From: Octopus vulgaris
Lineage: Eukaryota
Length of the DNA: 64,000 bases
Assembly (NCBI GenBank): GCA_951406725.2
Contig: OX597827.1
Coordinates: 11,842,001-11,906,000, forward strand
Reading direction: 5' to 3'
Position 1 is the stretch's first letter. The number at the start of each line of letters is the position of its first letter. Below are positions 9,765 through 21,957 of the stretch, piece after piece. The notes below the pieces were generated by a model. The model saw only the letters and a program-made list of their open reading frames with translations. It was not told the DNA's origin and searched no databases. Position numbers and translations under genes: made by a program.

Positions 9765-11954
9765 TCAGCCATTTAATTTGGGGGAGAACTTAGCTATGAA
9801 ATGTTTTTCCATATTCCTCCTGAAGGGGGTGTCATTCTTCGGACACTTGTAGAAGGGAAATATCTTAAATTTTCCTTCTCCACATGTAGCTAGGTGTGTG
9901 CTTAGTGGTATTTTGCGTAGTTCTTCCTGCCGAATATGTTGTCGGTGGATCCTGGCTCGCTGGCACAAAGAATTACCAGTTTCTCCTACGTAATTCTCCT
10001 TGCATGTGGGGCAGGTTATGCAGTATATGACGTTCTGCGTCTTGCAGTTCATATCTGCATTTACTTTGAATATGACACCATTTTTAAATCTTATCTCTCT
10101 GTTGCTCTCTATGTATTTGTAGGTGGGGTTGCTGCAGGTCCCACATCTACCATCTCCGCACTCTTTTGCAAAGAATTCCGTTTTAGTTTCTGAAGAGAAT
10201 TTCGCTCTTGTTAGGTGTTTTTTTAGGTTTTTGTCCTGTCGTCTACTGTTTTTTATGCTATATTTGTTTAATATGTTTTTCATTTTGGGGCTCTGTAAGG
10301 CTATTGGTAGGTTTGAATGTATGGTTTGGAAGATGTTGGTAACTCCAGGGTTGTGTGTGTTTATAAAAGGGATAGTGTTTTCTTTGTTTTTTGTTTTGGG
10401 TGTCCTGAGTTGTGTGATGTCTAGTTTTAATGCTCTTGTGATTCCATTTTCTATTAGTTTAAGGGGGTATTTTTGCTCTAGGAGGAAGCTTTTGAGTTCA
10501 TCTAGTCTTATTAATCGTATTTGTGAATCAGTTACTATGCTACATATTCGTCGTGCCATACTATATGGGATGTTTCTTTTTGTGTGGGATGGGTGGCAGG
10601 AGTGGAAATTTAAGTATTGATGTGTGTCAGTTTTTTTGTAGTGGATGTCTGTTGTGACGATGGAGTTGTGTATTTTGATGTTGATGTCTAGGAAGGGAAG
10701 TTCGTTGTGGCTGGTATCTATTGTGAAATTGATAGATGGGTGCAGCGTATTGAGGATGTTGTGGAATGTTTGTAGGTCCTCTTCTGATCTGTTCCAAAAG
10801 ATGAAACAGTCATCGAGGTAGCGTTTCCACTTTTTCTTGATGTCTTCTCTGAAGTCGTGTTCGAAGACTTTCCCTATTTCGTCATATAGTTTTTTCTCCA
10901 GGAAGCCCATCACTAGGTTGGCATATGAAGGTGCGAATTTTGTACCCATAGCCGTGCCTTTTATCTGTCGGTATGTCTTGTTGTTGAATGAGAATGTGTT
11001 TTCTTCTAGTATTAGTTGGGTGGCTTGGGTGATAAAGTTTGTCTTGAAGCGTTCATCTATAAGTTCTCTGTATTTTTCTATTGATTGTTTTATAGCTTCT
11101 AGACCTAGGGTGTGTGGTATGTTTGTGTATAGATTTGTGACATCAAAGCTTGCAAGTATGGTGTTTTTCGGGACTGTATTTGGAATGTGTGTGAGGAAGT
11201 CTATGTCATCCCTTATGTAGCTTGGAATCTGTGGGCATAGAGGTTTGAGGAGTATATCTATGAAGTGGCTTAGTTGTTGTGTTGGTGCCTGGGGTCCTGC
11301 CACTATTGGTCTCATCGTGAGGTCTGCAGGTCTTTGTACTCTTATGTAGTGGTTCCTCTGTTCCTTTATGGCTCTCTGTATTTCCGAGCTTTTATGAATT
11401 TTAGGTAATCCATAAAAGTTGCTTTCTTTGGTTTGTGAGTTGCATAGATAATCTTCCTCCTTATCTGTAAAGGAGTCCTGATATTCATTGACTAAAGTTC
11501 TAATTTTTCTTATTGTTGTTTTCTCCGGTGGTGTTGGTTCCTCTTTGTAATATGTCAGGTTGTTCAGTAACTCTAGTATCTTTTCTTTGTAGTAATCTGT
11601 GTCCATAATTACTATTGCTCCACCTTTGTCAGCTTCTTTTATAACGATTGATTTGTCATTTTTCAGTTTTTGTAGGGCTTGCTTTTCTTCTCTGCGGAGA
11701 TTCTGTTTGCATTTGTGTGTGTGAAGAGGGAATTTGGATATTGTTTCTATGTACGTGTCAAGGTGTTTGTCACTTCCCTTGTAAGGGGTGAAGTGGGATT
11801 TTTTTCTTATGATTGAGTTATCTTCTGTTTCTTTATTTTCAAAGAATTCCATAAGGCGGAGGTAGCGGCTGAAGTTATCTATGTCAGTTTTTAGTTCTAT
11901 GAGGTTTGGAGTGGGTGTAGGTGTAAATTTGAGGCCTTTTAGTAGTAGGTTCAT
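9765..11954 (-). CDS. Penelope-like element reverse transcriptase plus C-terminal GIY-YIG endonuclease (Naiad/Neptune-like)
   Basis: Uninterrupted 729 aa ORF with ADKGG, YGLPKIHK, RPIV, FDVTNLYTNIP, QIKGTAMGTKFAPSYAN, RYLDD and FLD, a Cys linker CGDGRCGTC, and VIYCITCPTC..YVGET..R..H..H. The frame stays open upstream to 12071 and includes the INLS motif. Confidence 0.95.
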   Translation of the reverse strand: MNLLLKGLKFTPTPTPNLIELKTDIDNFSRYLRLMEFFENKETEDNSIIRKKSHFTPYKGSDKHLDTYIETISKFPLHTHKCKQNLRREEKQALQKLKNDKSIVIKEADKGGAIVIMDTDYYKEKILELLNNLTYYKEEPTPPEKTTIRKIRTLVNEYQDSFTDKEEDYLCNSQTKESNFYGLPKIHKSSEIQRAIKEQRNHYIRVQRPADLTMRPIVAGPQAPTQQLSHFIDILLKPLCPQIPSYIRDDIDFLTHIPNTVPKNTILASFDVTNLYTNIPHTLGLEAIKQSIEKYRELIDERFKTNFITQATQLILEENTFSFNNKTYRQIKGTAMGTKFAPSYANLVMGFLEKKLYDEIGKVFEHDFREDIKKKWKRYLDDCFIFWNRSEEDLQTFHNILNTLHPSINFTIDTSHNELPFLDINIKIHNSIVTTDIHYKKTDTHQYLNFHSCHPSHTKRNIPYSMARRICSIVTDSQIRLIRLDELKSFLLEQKYPLKLIENGITRALKLDITQLRTPKTKNKENTIPFINTHNPGVTNIFQTIHSNLPIALQSPKMKNILNKYSIKNSRRQDKNLKKHLTRAKFSSETKTEFFAKECGDGRCGTCSNPTYKYIESNREIRFKNGVIFKVNADMNCKTQNVIYCITCPTCKENYVGETGNSLCQRARIHRQHIRQEELRKIPLSTHLATCGEGKFKIFPFYKCPKNDTPFRRNMEKHFIAKFSPKLNG

Positions 11955-12018
11955 TTCATATTCGTCAAGTTCTCTTTTAGATAAGTTTATTATTTTGGGG
12001 TCTATGTGTTTTGGGAGT

Positions 12019-12465
12019 TCATCCGGAATTTTTGGTGTATTGGGTCTGGAGTATGGTTGAAGTATCCTCTCCTAAAAAATGGGTTGTGTTGTTACGTCTC
12101 CAAATTCCATTTTCAGTTCTTAGGTTTTCTTGTAGTTGGGGTGGTCTGTGTGGTCTGTATGTGTTGTTTTGTCTTTGGTAGTTGTTTTCTTCCCATCTTC
12201 TGTGTTGGTTGAGCCAATATTTATTACTGGGGTTCAGGTTTCTTTGTGGGTAGGTGGATGGTTCATGTATTGTGTTTGTATTGTATTGATAGTGGGAGTT
12301 GTTTTTTATCCATCTTGGAAATTTGTGGGGTTGCATGGGGTTGGTGTTTGTGTGGTTTCGATTTCCTTGATGTTTGTTGTGGGTTATGTGTTGGTTTCTA
12401 TCCATTTGTATATTGTTCCATGTGTGTGTCCCTTTAGGGTGTCCAGTGTTATGTGTTGGTGGTTG
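12019..12465 (-). CDS. 5'-truncated upstream ORF of the PLE (N/Q/H/P/T-rich)
   Basis: The frame is open from the (TA)n junction at 12465 to the stop at 12019. It has the same A/C strand bias as the RT ORF and overlaps the open RT frame. Confidence 0.5.
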   Translation of the reverse strand, partial: QPPTHNTGHPKGTHTWNNIQMDRNQHITHNKHQGNRNHTNTNPMQPHKFPRWIKNNSHYQYNTNTIHEPSTYPQRNLNPSNKYWLNQHRRWEENNYQRQNNTYRPHRPPQLQENLRTENGIWRRNNTTHFLGEDTSTILQTQYTKNSG

Positions 12466-12521
<56 letters not shown>

Positions 12522-13109
12522 ATGTGTATATATATGTATGTATATATATATATCATATATGTCATATATAATGGAAAAACTATAAGAATTGTCTGATTCT
12601 GTTTGCTAACACAAACTAAAATAGCTAAAAGCTGTATGAAGCATCTGGAATAAGTAATATAAATTTTAATGAAAAAAATACTATGAACTGAATTTAGACA
12701 AATTAAATTAAACTAACAACAGAATTTTTTAAGATAAATTTTGTATATGAAGTAATGGTGGTGAGGTAAGATAACCAATGCCACACAATGTGTGAACTGA
12801 AATTAAAGAGTGTGATATCAAGTGTATAAAATGTGTATAAAAAGGCACTTCCAATGACCTGAGAAAATAGAAAGTATATATAGACATTATTATAGAAATC
12901 TGATAATGGAAAGATAAAGAGATACATGTTATGTTTGTGTGTTGCATTCATTGATTATGAAAAGGTCTCTGATACAGACCGATAGAATAAGTACTAGGCT
13001 TACAAAAAATAAGTTCTGGGGTTGATTTGCTCGACTAAAGGTGATGCTCCAGCATGGCCGCTGTCAAATGACTGAAACAAGTAAAAGAGTAAAAGAGTGT
13101 TGAGATGAA

Positions 13110-13310
13110 TATCATCATCATCATCGTCATCATTTAACGTCTGCTTTCCATGCTAGCATGGGTTGGACGGTTCAACTGGGGACTGGGAAGCCAGAAGGCT
13201 GCACCAGGCCAGTCAGATCTGGCAGAGTTTCTACAGCTGGATGCCCTCCTAATGCCAACCACTCCGTGAGTGTAGTGGGTGCTTTTTACGTGTCACCGAC
13301 ACTAGTGCCA
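13110..13310 (-). mobile_element. RTE LINE 3' end
   Basis: (CAT)n tail on the plus strand and the CCATGCTAGCATGGGTTGGACGG motif shared with 63104-63770. Confidence 0.75.
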
Positions 13311-13329
13311 CACGAGGCTGGCGAACGGC

Positions 13330-13695
13330 CAGTAAATGCAAGGTGTTGAGGTACAAATGTGAAGTATGCATGTTCAACAGATATAGCTCTGCTATAACCA
13401 CAGGTGAAGGTTCCAATTGGAAAGGGTGTCAAACAAGGAGACATCATGTCTCCAAGGCTTTTTACTGCATGTCATGAAATAGTCATCAGGGACATTGACC
13501 AGACAGGAGGCATGAGCATCAATGGCAAGCAACTAATGCCCCTCCAATCCACAGATGGTATCGTACTTATTGAAATCACAGATCAGCTGCAAACTACACT
13601 GACAGAGATGAATACCCATAGCTTAGCAGTAGGCCTTAAAATAAACCATAAAGAAACAAAATATATGTGGTTGGAAGATGTAGAACAAGGTCAAT
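13330..13695 (+). pseudogene. Degenerate RTE-type LINE reverse transcriptase fragment
   Basis: IGKGVKQGDIMSPRLF...INGKQL..LQSTDGIVLI...GLKIN..ETKYM, with the catalytic ADD motif decayed. Confidence 0.85.
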
Positions 13696-15203
13696 GGGGC
13701 AGTGCGTTGTGTTCTTGAGCAAGACGCTTTATTTCTCGTTACTCCAGTTCACTTAGTGGAAGAATACCAAGCTGTATCGGTTTCACCTTTCCCTTGGGCA
13801 ACATCAGTGGCATAGAAAGGGGAGGGGGTATACATGGGTGACTTCTAGACTTCCCTAAACAACCCTGCTCAGACTTATACCACAGTGGGGAACTTTGTAG
13901 GTGCATCCTATGGTCATTCATGACTGAAGGGGGTCTTTACCCTTTTACCATATATTTTTACACTTTTTAGCCATTTGTATAGCACTCGTCCTACACAACT
14001 CACACTTTATTAACCAATCCCACCTATCTACACACTATTTTATTTTTATTGTATTTTGTATTTATTTATATATTATGTAATATCCACGCTTTCAAATTAC
14101 CAAAAGCATTGTTCTTTTAACATGCTTTATTCACTTTTACACATTTATATTACATTCTTTAGATCTAATTCCAGAAGTGTCTGTGGTAATGGTTATGCTA
14201 GCTTCTTGCTATTACCTTTAAACCAGTACAAACATTCACAAACTTTCAGATCTTTTTCTTAGGCTGTTTGACACTAATGGAAGTAGGTGGTCCTCTCTTG
14301 GGTGTTGAAATCACAATGATATATATTGGGTTGTTGATGAGGAAATTCCCTAGCTGTGTTAAACTGGATTTCATTCAGTAGTTACGCCTCTGCTTGTTGT
14401 TAATGTCCAGTGGTTTCTTTTTATGTTGGTTGTTTTGTTACGCAGTGCTTTATGGGGATTATACAGGTTCTTAGGCCATTTCTGATCCGAGGTGGAATTA
14501 GCCATAAGGTTAGATCTAATTATGTTTTGGCATAGTCAAATTGCCATAATACAATAAATATGAAGCACATATCTATACATACACCCACACATATAGAAAC
14601 ATGCAAATACATTGAGGAATATACTGTTACTGGTGATATATATATATATATATAAGATATCTAAAGCATCAGAAGCCTTTTAGCATCCACTTTTCTATGC
14701 TTGTATGGGTCAGATGGAAATTTTGTGGCACATTTTCTACAAAGCAAGTTAATGTCTGTATGTATACTAATGTTTATATATGTGTATATATATGTATAGT
14801 ACACACGCACACACATACACCCTCCCACACATATACATACATATATATATGTGTGTGTGAAGTCGCTTGGCTCAGTGGTTAGAGCATTGGTCATACGACC
14901 ATGAGGTTGTGAGTTTGAATCTCGGACCGGGCTTTGTGTTCTTGAGGAAGACACTTTATTTCATGTTGCTCCAGTTCACTCTGTAAAGTGGTTGGCATTA
15001 GCAAGGGCTATCAAACTATAGAAACCATGTGAAAACAAAAAATTGGAGCTTGGACAGTTCCCCAACTGGCCAGTCCCTGTTAAACTGTCCAACCCATGCT
15101 AGCATAGGAAATGGACGTTAAATGATGATGAAAACAATGATGATGATCTATATATAAAGATATGTGTGTATATATATATATATATATGTACACATATATA
15201 ATG

Positions 15204-15259
<56 letters not shown>

Positions 15260-15261
15260 TA

Positions 15262-15339
<78 letters not shown>

Positions 15340-15340
15340 G

Positions 15341-16018
15341 CAATAAAGTTTATGTACCAACAAAATATGCCAGTCCTTTAAAGGATGATGTTACTGTCAT
15401 TTTAGCCCCAGGAAAACATCTTTTCCAGCTGGCCATCGACACACAGTCTGTGTCCGTATATCATTTGCAAGGGAGGTCATCATTCCCATTTCTAGCCTTA
15501 CGTGATACTCACAGACCTCTTATAGAGAAAAACAATTTGTTTTAGATCTCTGAGCAAGAGATATACAGCAACAGTACCAAATAGTAAAGTTTATATGCCA
15601 ACAGAATGTGGCAGTCCTTTAAAGGACGATGTTACTGCTGTTTTAGCCTTAGGAAAACTTTTTTCCAGCTGGCCATTGTCACACATTCTGTGTCCGTATA
15701 GCATGTGCAAGGGAGGTCATCATTCCCATCTCTAGCCTTCCATGATACTCACAGACCTATGTTTCTAGGCTTCATTGCTAGCTTGTGGTTTCTCACACTG
15801 AGGACGGGTAACCAAATAGAAACCTAGGTCTGTGAGTAACACGTTAGGCTAGTGATGACCTCCCTTAAAAATGCTCTACGAACACAGACTGCTAAAACAA
15901 CTGTAACATCGTCCTTTATAGGACTGCCACATTCTGTTAGGATATAAATTTTACTATTTAGTACTGTTACTGTATATCTCTCACTCAGAGATTTAAAACA
16001 AATTGTTTTTCTCTGTAT
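15341..16018 (+). mobile_element. Fold-back non-autonomous element with central hammerhead and an extra partial arm
   Basis: 15522-15768 is inverted relative to 15818-16018, and 15341-15518 is a direct partial repeat of the left arm. Flanked by (TA)n. Confidence 0.8.
15792..15836 (+). ncRNA. Minimal type I hammerhead ribozyme
   Basis: CTCACA-CTGAGGA-cgggtaaccaaata-GAAA-CCTAGG-TC-TGTGAG: 6 bp stem I, palindromic ACCTAGGT stem III, GUC triplet and a weak stem II. Confidence 0.8.
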
Positions 16019-16027
16019 ATATATACA

Positions 16028-16107
<80 letters not shown>

Positions 16108-16109
16108 AA

Positions 16110-16141
<32 letters not shown>

Positions 16142-16152
16142 ATATACATACA

Positions 16153-16196
<44 letters not shown>

Positions 16197-16221
16197 TATA
16201 TATATACATACACATATATAT

Positions 16222-16252
<31 letters not shown>

Positions 16253-16353
16253 CATGCATACATATATATATATACACATATATATATATACACACACACA
16301 CATATATATATATATACATACATACATATATATATATATACATATATATGTAT

Positions 16354-16386
<33 letters not shown>

Positions 16387-17059
16387 CATATATAAATACA
16401 CATGTATAAATATATACATATATGTGTGTAGATAGATGCATAGATATATAAATAAGCACACGCATTTACACATAGAGGGAGAGAGAGAGAGACATAGAGA
16501 GAGAGAGAGAGAGAGAGTCAGCTGAGGGAGATAATTCAAATAGTCCAATGATATGAATTTAGGCAATTCAGGTAGGTGTGTGATGTGTTAAATGACATAC
16601 ACAAAACAGCCTTAATGAATTGAAATTTGGTCTTTAGTCGAAGAAAGAAGACAAATATCTGCCTGTGATTCTTAATGACTACCAAAGAAAAATAGAGATA
16701 ATTTCAAGAATTTAAGAACCAGTGTCACAGAAAATTATATTTTGATACTTAAGAGGGAGAAAAAAAAAAAATCTGTCCTTTGTTAGGAAGCAAGGTGACA
16801 GTTACCAATTAGCATTTTCTGCTTTTGTTTGTGTGCAAAATTTTATGGAATCTGTATTTTTGTGTGCTTAAATGTTCACTTAGGAATAAGTGCACGAATG
16901 TGTGTGAAAATGTTTGAATTTGTGTGTTTTGTGTGAAGTTTTGTATGTGTGTTTGTGCATGCAAGAATACGTGTTAGTAAATAAAGCTGCGTGTACACAC
17001 TCACACACATACGCCTTGATATCAAATTAACAAATAATAGTGCTTGCAATTTTCGGCAT

Positions 17060-17890
17060 ATATACATGTGTGTGTGTGTGTGTGTATGTGTGTGTATTTG
17101 TGCATGCATGAGGTAAGTGTTTTGTGTGTGTGTGTGTGTGTGTGGTGTGTATTTGCATATAAATATTTGTGTGTGTAGGTATGCATGTGCGTATATGTAT
17201 TCATATGACATGCAAACACACACACATACATATACACATGCATACAAGCACATTTAAAAACATACACGCATGCACACGCCCCCATACACACATGCTAAAA
17301 ATCTCATATATACATGCACACATTCATATACACACACATAAGGCTTCATATGTGTGTGTGTACATGCATGAGGCAAATGTTTAGTGTGTGTGTGTGTGTG
17401 TGTGTGTGGTGTGTATTTGCATATAAATATTTGTGTGTGTAGGTATGCATGTGTGTATGTGTATTCATATGATATGCAAACACACAAGCATACATATACA
17501 CATGCATACAAGCACATTTAAACACATACATCCATGCACGCACAAGCATAGACATGCACCCACACATGCTAAAACTCTCATATATACATGCACACATGCA
17601 TATACACATATACATATGTGTGCGTATTTGTACATGCATAAGGCAAGTGTTTAGTGTGTGTGTGTATGTGTGTGGTGTGTAGTTGCATATAAATATTTGT
17701 GTGTGTAGGTATGCATGTGTGTGTGTGTGTGTGTGTGTGTATTCCTATGACACATGCAAACACACTACAATACATACACACATGCACACACAAGCATACA
17801 CACACCTCACCCACACACACACATGCAAAAACTCTCATATACACATGCGCACATGCATACACACACACACATAAGGCTTCATATGTTTAA
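17060..17890. repeat. Three tandem ~270-290 bp composite microsatellite units
   Basis: Recurring anchors TTGCATATAAATATTTGTGTGTGTAGGTATGCATG and AAA(A/C)TCTCATATA. Confidence 0.85.
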
Positions 17891-18133
17891 TTTCTGTAAG
17901 CACACAAGCTTTAGTATATATGAATGTTTACTATATATGTGAGAGAATATCTACACTCTCTCTCACACACACACACACTGAAACACATACACACATGCAC
18001 ACTCTCATATACATACATGCACACACTCGCATACACATGTAAGTTTTCAGTTTTTTGAATATCTGTAAACATACAAGCTGTAGCAAATGTAAATGCTTAC
18101 TATATATGTAATTGTATATATTTACACACATAT

Positions 18134-18530
18134 AGGCACAGGAGTGTCTGTGTGGTAAGTAGCTTGCTTACCAACCACATGGTTCCGGGTTCAGTCCCAC
18201 TGCGTGGCATCTTCTACTATGGCCTCGGGCCGACCAAAGCCTTGTGAGTGGATTTGGTAGACGGAAACTGAGAGAAGCCTGTCGTATATATGTATATATA
18301 TATATATATAAGTGTGTGTGTATATGTTTGTGTGTCTGTGTTTGTCCCCCTAGCATTGCTTGACAACCGATGCTGGCGTGTTTACGTCCCCGTAACTTAG
18401 CGGTTCGGCAAAAGAGACCGATAAAATAAGTACTAGGCTTTCAAAGAATAAGTTCTGGGGTCGATTTGCTCAACTAAAGGTGGTGCTCCAGCATGGCCTC
18501 AGTCAAATGAGTGAAACAAGTAAAAGAGTA
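18134..18530 (+). mobile_element. SINE family A
   Basis: Homologous to 43-447. Confidence 0.9.
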
Positions 18531-18691
18531 TATTTTCTCCTACTTTATTTTTTATTGCAAAGTCGTTGATCAGATCTCCAAAATTAATCTTATGTTCTTA
18601 ATCATCTGCTTCTATACTTAGTACAGATAAGATATCCTGAATATTATTTTAGCATGTTTAAAGCGATTACTTTTAAGCTGTAAACCAATTA

Positions 18692-19115
18692 TCATTTCTT
18701 ACTTCTTTATTACCCACAAGAGGCTAAACATAGAAGGGGCAAACAACGACAGACAAATGGATTAAGTCGATTACATCAAACCCAGTGTGTAACTGGTACT
18801 TAATTTATCGACCCCAAAAGGATGAAAGGCAAAGTCAACCTCTACAGAATTTGAACTTAGAACGTAGCGGCTGACAAAATACCAATTTCTTTACTACCCA
18901 CAAGGGGCTAAACACAGAGAGGACAAACAAGGACAGACAAACGGATTAAGTCGATTATATCGACTCCAGTGCGTAACTGGTACTTATTTAATCAACCCCA
19001 AAAGTATGAAAGGCAAAGTCGGTCTCGACGGAATTTGAACTCAGAACGTAAAGACAGATGAAATACCGCTAAGCATTTCACCGGCCGTGCTAATGTTTCT
19101 GCTAGCTCGCCGGCC
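18692..19115 (-). mobile_element. SINE family B (Meta-domain-like), with duplicated 3' part
   Basis: Reverse complement of 19979-20212. The body GTCGACTTTGCCTTTCATCCTTTCGGGGTCGATAAA..AGTACCAG occurs twice. Confidence 0.8.
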
Positions 19116-19469
19116 ATAACCAATTACCCTTTCTGTGGTGCCCCCTCCTTCCCCCGATGCCCTATGTAAATGCTTATTTTGCTTAATGGTTGATCCAGGT
19201 CTGGTGACACTGTATCAGCCATTCATGATCTTGGAAAAGAAACATTGCTAAAACTGCAGTCAATTAATTCTAATGTTTAAAACTTGATCCAGGTTTTTTA
19301 GTAACCCAGAAAGTATCAAAATAGACATTTTAAATGCAAGTGAAGCTGCTGGTACAATGGCACATTATTTGACACTCTTATACAGCAGGACTTCCACCTT
19401 AAAGTCTTTATCTTTATTTTGGGTTGCTTCATTTTACGTCCCAGATGTACTAGACTATAACTTCAGAAA

Positions 19470-19872
19470 ATACTCTTTTCTACTCTGAGCATAAGGTTTG
19501 AAATTTTTTGGAGGGGTGGGTGCCAGTCAATTAGATCGACCCCAGTACATAACTGGTACTTAATTTATCTACCCTGAAAGGATGAAAGGCAAAGTCAACC
19601 TTGGCAAAATTTGAACTCAGAACGTAGCAACAGACGAAATACCTATTTTTTACTACCCACAAGGGGCTAAAGACAGAGAGGACAAACAAGGACAGACAAA
19701 CGGTTTAAGTCGATTATATCGACCCCAGTGTGTAACTGGTACTTATTTAATCGACCCCGAAAGGATGAAAGGCAAAGTCAACTTCGGCGGAATTTGAACT
19801 CAAAATGTAGCAACAGAATAAATGCCACTAAGCATTTTGCCCGATGTGCTAACGATTCTGCCAGCTTGTGGC
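19470..19872 (-). mobile_element. SINE family B, duplicated body
   Basis: Same organisation as 18692-19115. Confidence 0.8.
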
Positions 19873-19978
19873 CTTTCAGGTACAAAATACTGTAAGGATT
19901 CTTTACTCTCATTAACATTTCTTAATTCCAATGGCATATGGTTATACGTATTCAGCATACACTCATTCACTTAAAACA

Positions 19979-20212
19979 AGGCGGCGAGCTGGCAGAAACG
20001 TTAGCACGCCAGGCGAAATGCATAGCCGTATTTCATCTGTTGTTACGTTCTGAGTTCAAATTCTGCCGAGGTCGACTTTGCCTTTCATCCTTTCGGGGTC
20101 GATAAAATAAAGTACCAGTTTCGTACTGGGGTCGATGTAATTTGACTTAATCCTTTTGTCTGTCCTTGTTTGTCCCCTCTATGTTTAGCCCCTTGTGGGC
20201 AGTAAAGAAAAT
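19979..20212 (+). mobile_element. SINE family B, full length
   Basis: Runs GGCGGCGAGCTGGCAGAAACGTTAG...GAGTTCAAATTC...GTAAAGAAA and is flanked by the direct repeat ATACACTCATTCACTTAAAA. Confidence 0.9.
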
Positions 20213-21298
20213 ACACTCATTCACTTAAAATTGATGATATATGATATAACTAAAAAGATTTGTGTTCAAACATAAATTGGCAGAAGGTTCACATCAGAGT
20301 CTTAAAGAGATATCTAAAAATAAGGGCATAGTGGTGGAGTTCATATTATATAAGAGGGCAATATGCATAACATCTTTTTTTTTTGGCAACAAAATGTAGT
20401 GGAGGTGTATTATTTTTGAGATTGTACTGTATTCACGTAAATGTTGTAAATATAATATATAAACATATATGCATACATATACGCACATGTATGTGTGTAT
20501 GTATCAATTTACTATTATATCCCATGGTGCCAAGTAAAAATAATAACTTCACAGAATGACTAACTCACAGAATAAGTTCAAATTAGGATGAAATCAGGTA
20601 AAATTGCTTTCTCTAAAATGTATGAAGAACTGATGAAGGATGTGCATCTACAATCTCCTATCATCTTGATAGTCGGCATAACATCAAAAGCAATGTATTC
20701 TAATGATACAGAATGCCCTCTCGCTGATGTCCACAATTGCTGTTATGATGTCGAGACAGTTGTTATTCTTCTGTATGGTGAATGGAGCTTATTTGAACAA
20801 ATATTAGTTATTCCAGAATGGATAAAAACAAAAATAAAGAAAATAATAAAAAAAAATCTCTGAGAGAATGGTATAGATGAAATAGAATATAAAAAAAAAA
20901 AAAAAAAAAAAAACAGAAATAGAAAATAAATAAATAAATAAATAAATAAAACTACAAAATGGAGGGAAAACTGAATGTAAGCAAATGAAATAAAACGATT
21001 GCAATGTAATGACAAATATCAAAGAAGACTCGCAGAAAAAGCCATTTTTGATATGGCAGAACAGTAAAAATTGTAGTTCATCCTTTGCTATGTAATCAAG
21101 CCAGTAGCTACGTAATGGCTCACACAAGACCGTCATTTGTGTTCATTTAGAAATTCTTATTGGCTTTAAAAAGTAAGAAGGCCTCTTCTAAACAAGACAC
21201 ACGAAATAACAAGTACTTGCACAGGCATGCATCTTCATAAACACAATTAGGATTAAATTCACTCACATGCATACATACATACATACATGCATACACTC

Positions 21299-21377
<79 letters not shown>

Positions 21378-21726
21378 CACACACACAAATATATGCACAC
21401 ATACATATAACGTGAGTACAAAAGCACACAACTGATATATGAAAATACATACTATTCACTCATGTAACCATATGCATCATTTTATCTCTGCTGCTAACAC
21501 TAAGAAGTTCACACACTGAAGTGCATGACTGTATATACACATAGATATAAACACACACACACACACACACACACGTACACATTTGTGCATGTGCACAAAT
21601 AAAAGATCTCATGCACACATCCACACACATGCAGCAATAAACATCTAACATTATATTCATCTGCATTACCAATTTTTACAGATAAACGTATAGATCTGCA
21701 CCAATAATTACACACACATAAGCATG

Positions 21727-21761
<35 letters not shown>

Positions 21762-21845
21762 GCTGCTATACATATGCACATATATATATGTAAATATATA
21801 TATATATATATATATATAGGGTAAATACATATATTTACATTATAT

Positions 21846-21880
<35 letters not shown>

Positions 21881-21916
21881 CATACATATATTTATATATA
21901 TATTATATATATACAT

Positions 21917-21957
<41 letters not shown>

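Larger units (their letters stand above)
8681..12466 (-). mobile_element. Penelope-like retroelement, 5'-truncated, inserted in (TA)n
   Basis: RT-GIY-YIG ORF, upstream ORF remnant, a same-strand hammerhead-like motif downstream, and (TA)n at both boundaries. The 3' boundary is inferred. Confidence 0.75.

Noticed and set aside
9936-11220. Plus-strand ORFs overlapping the PLE ORF
   Set aside because: Antisense shadows of the compositionally biased RT ORF.
19150-19460. GDTVSA..LGK..LLK-like peptide hinting at a decayed DNA transposon protein
   Set aside because: Too short and too degenerate to assign without a translated search.
20430-21140. Unique-looking block with a minus-strand GCACCATGG Kozak-like site at about 20525 and a 91 aa plus-strand ORF
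   Set aside because: The ATG frame closes after 30 codons and the plus ORF has no recognisable motif. It could be a UTR or promoter, but I cannot support that from sequence alone.
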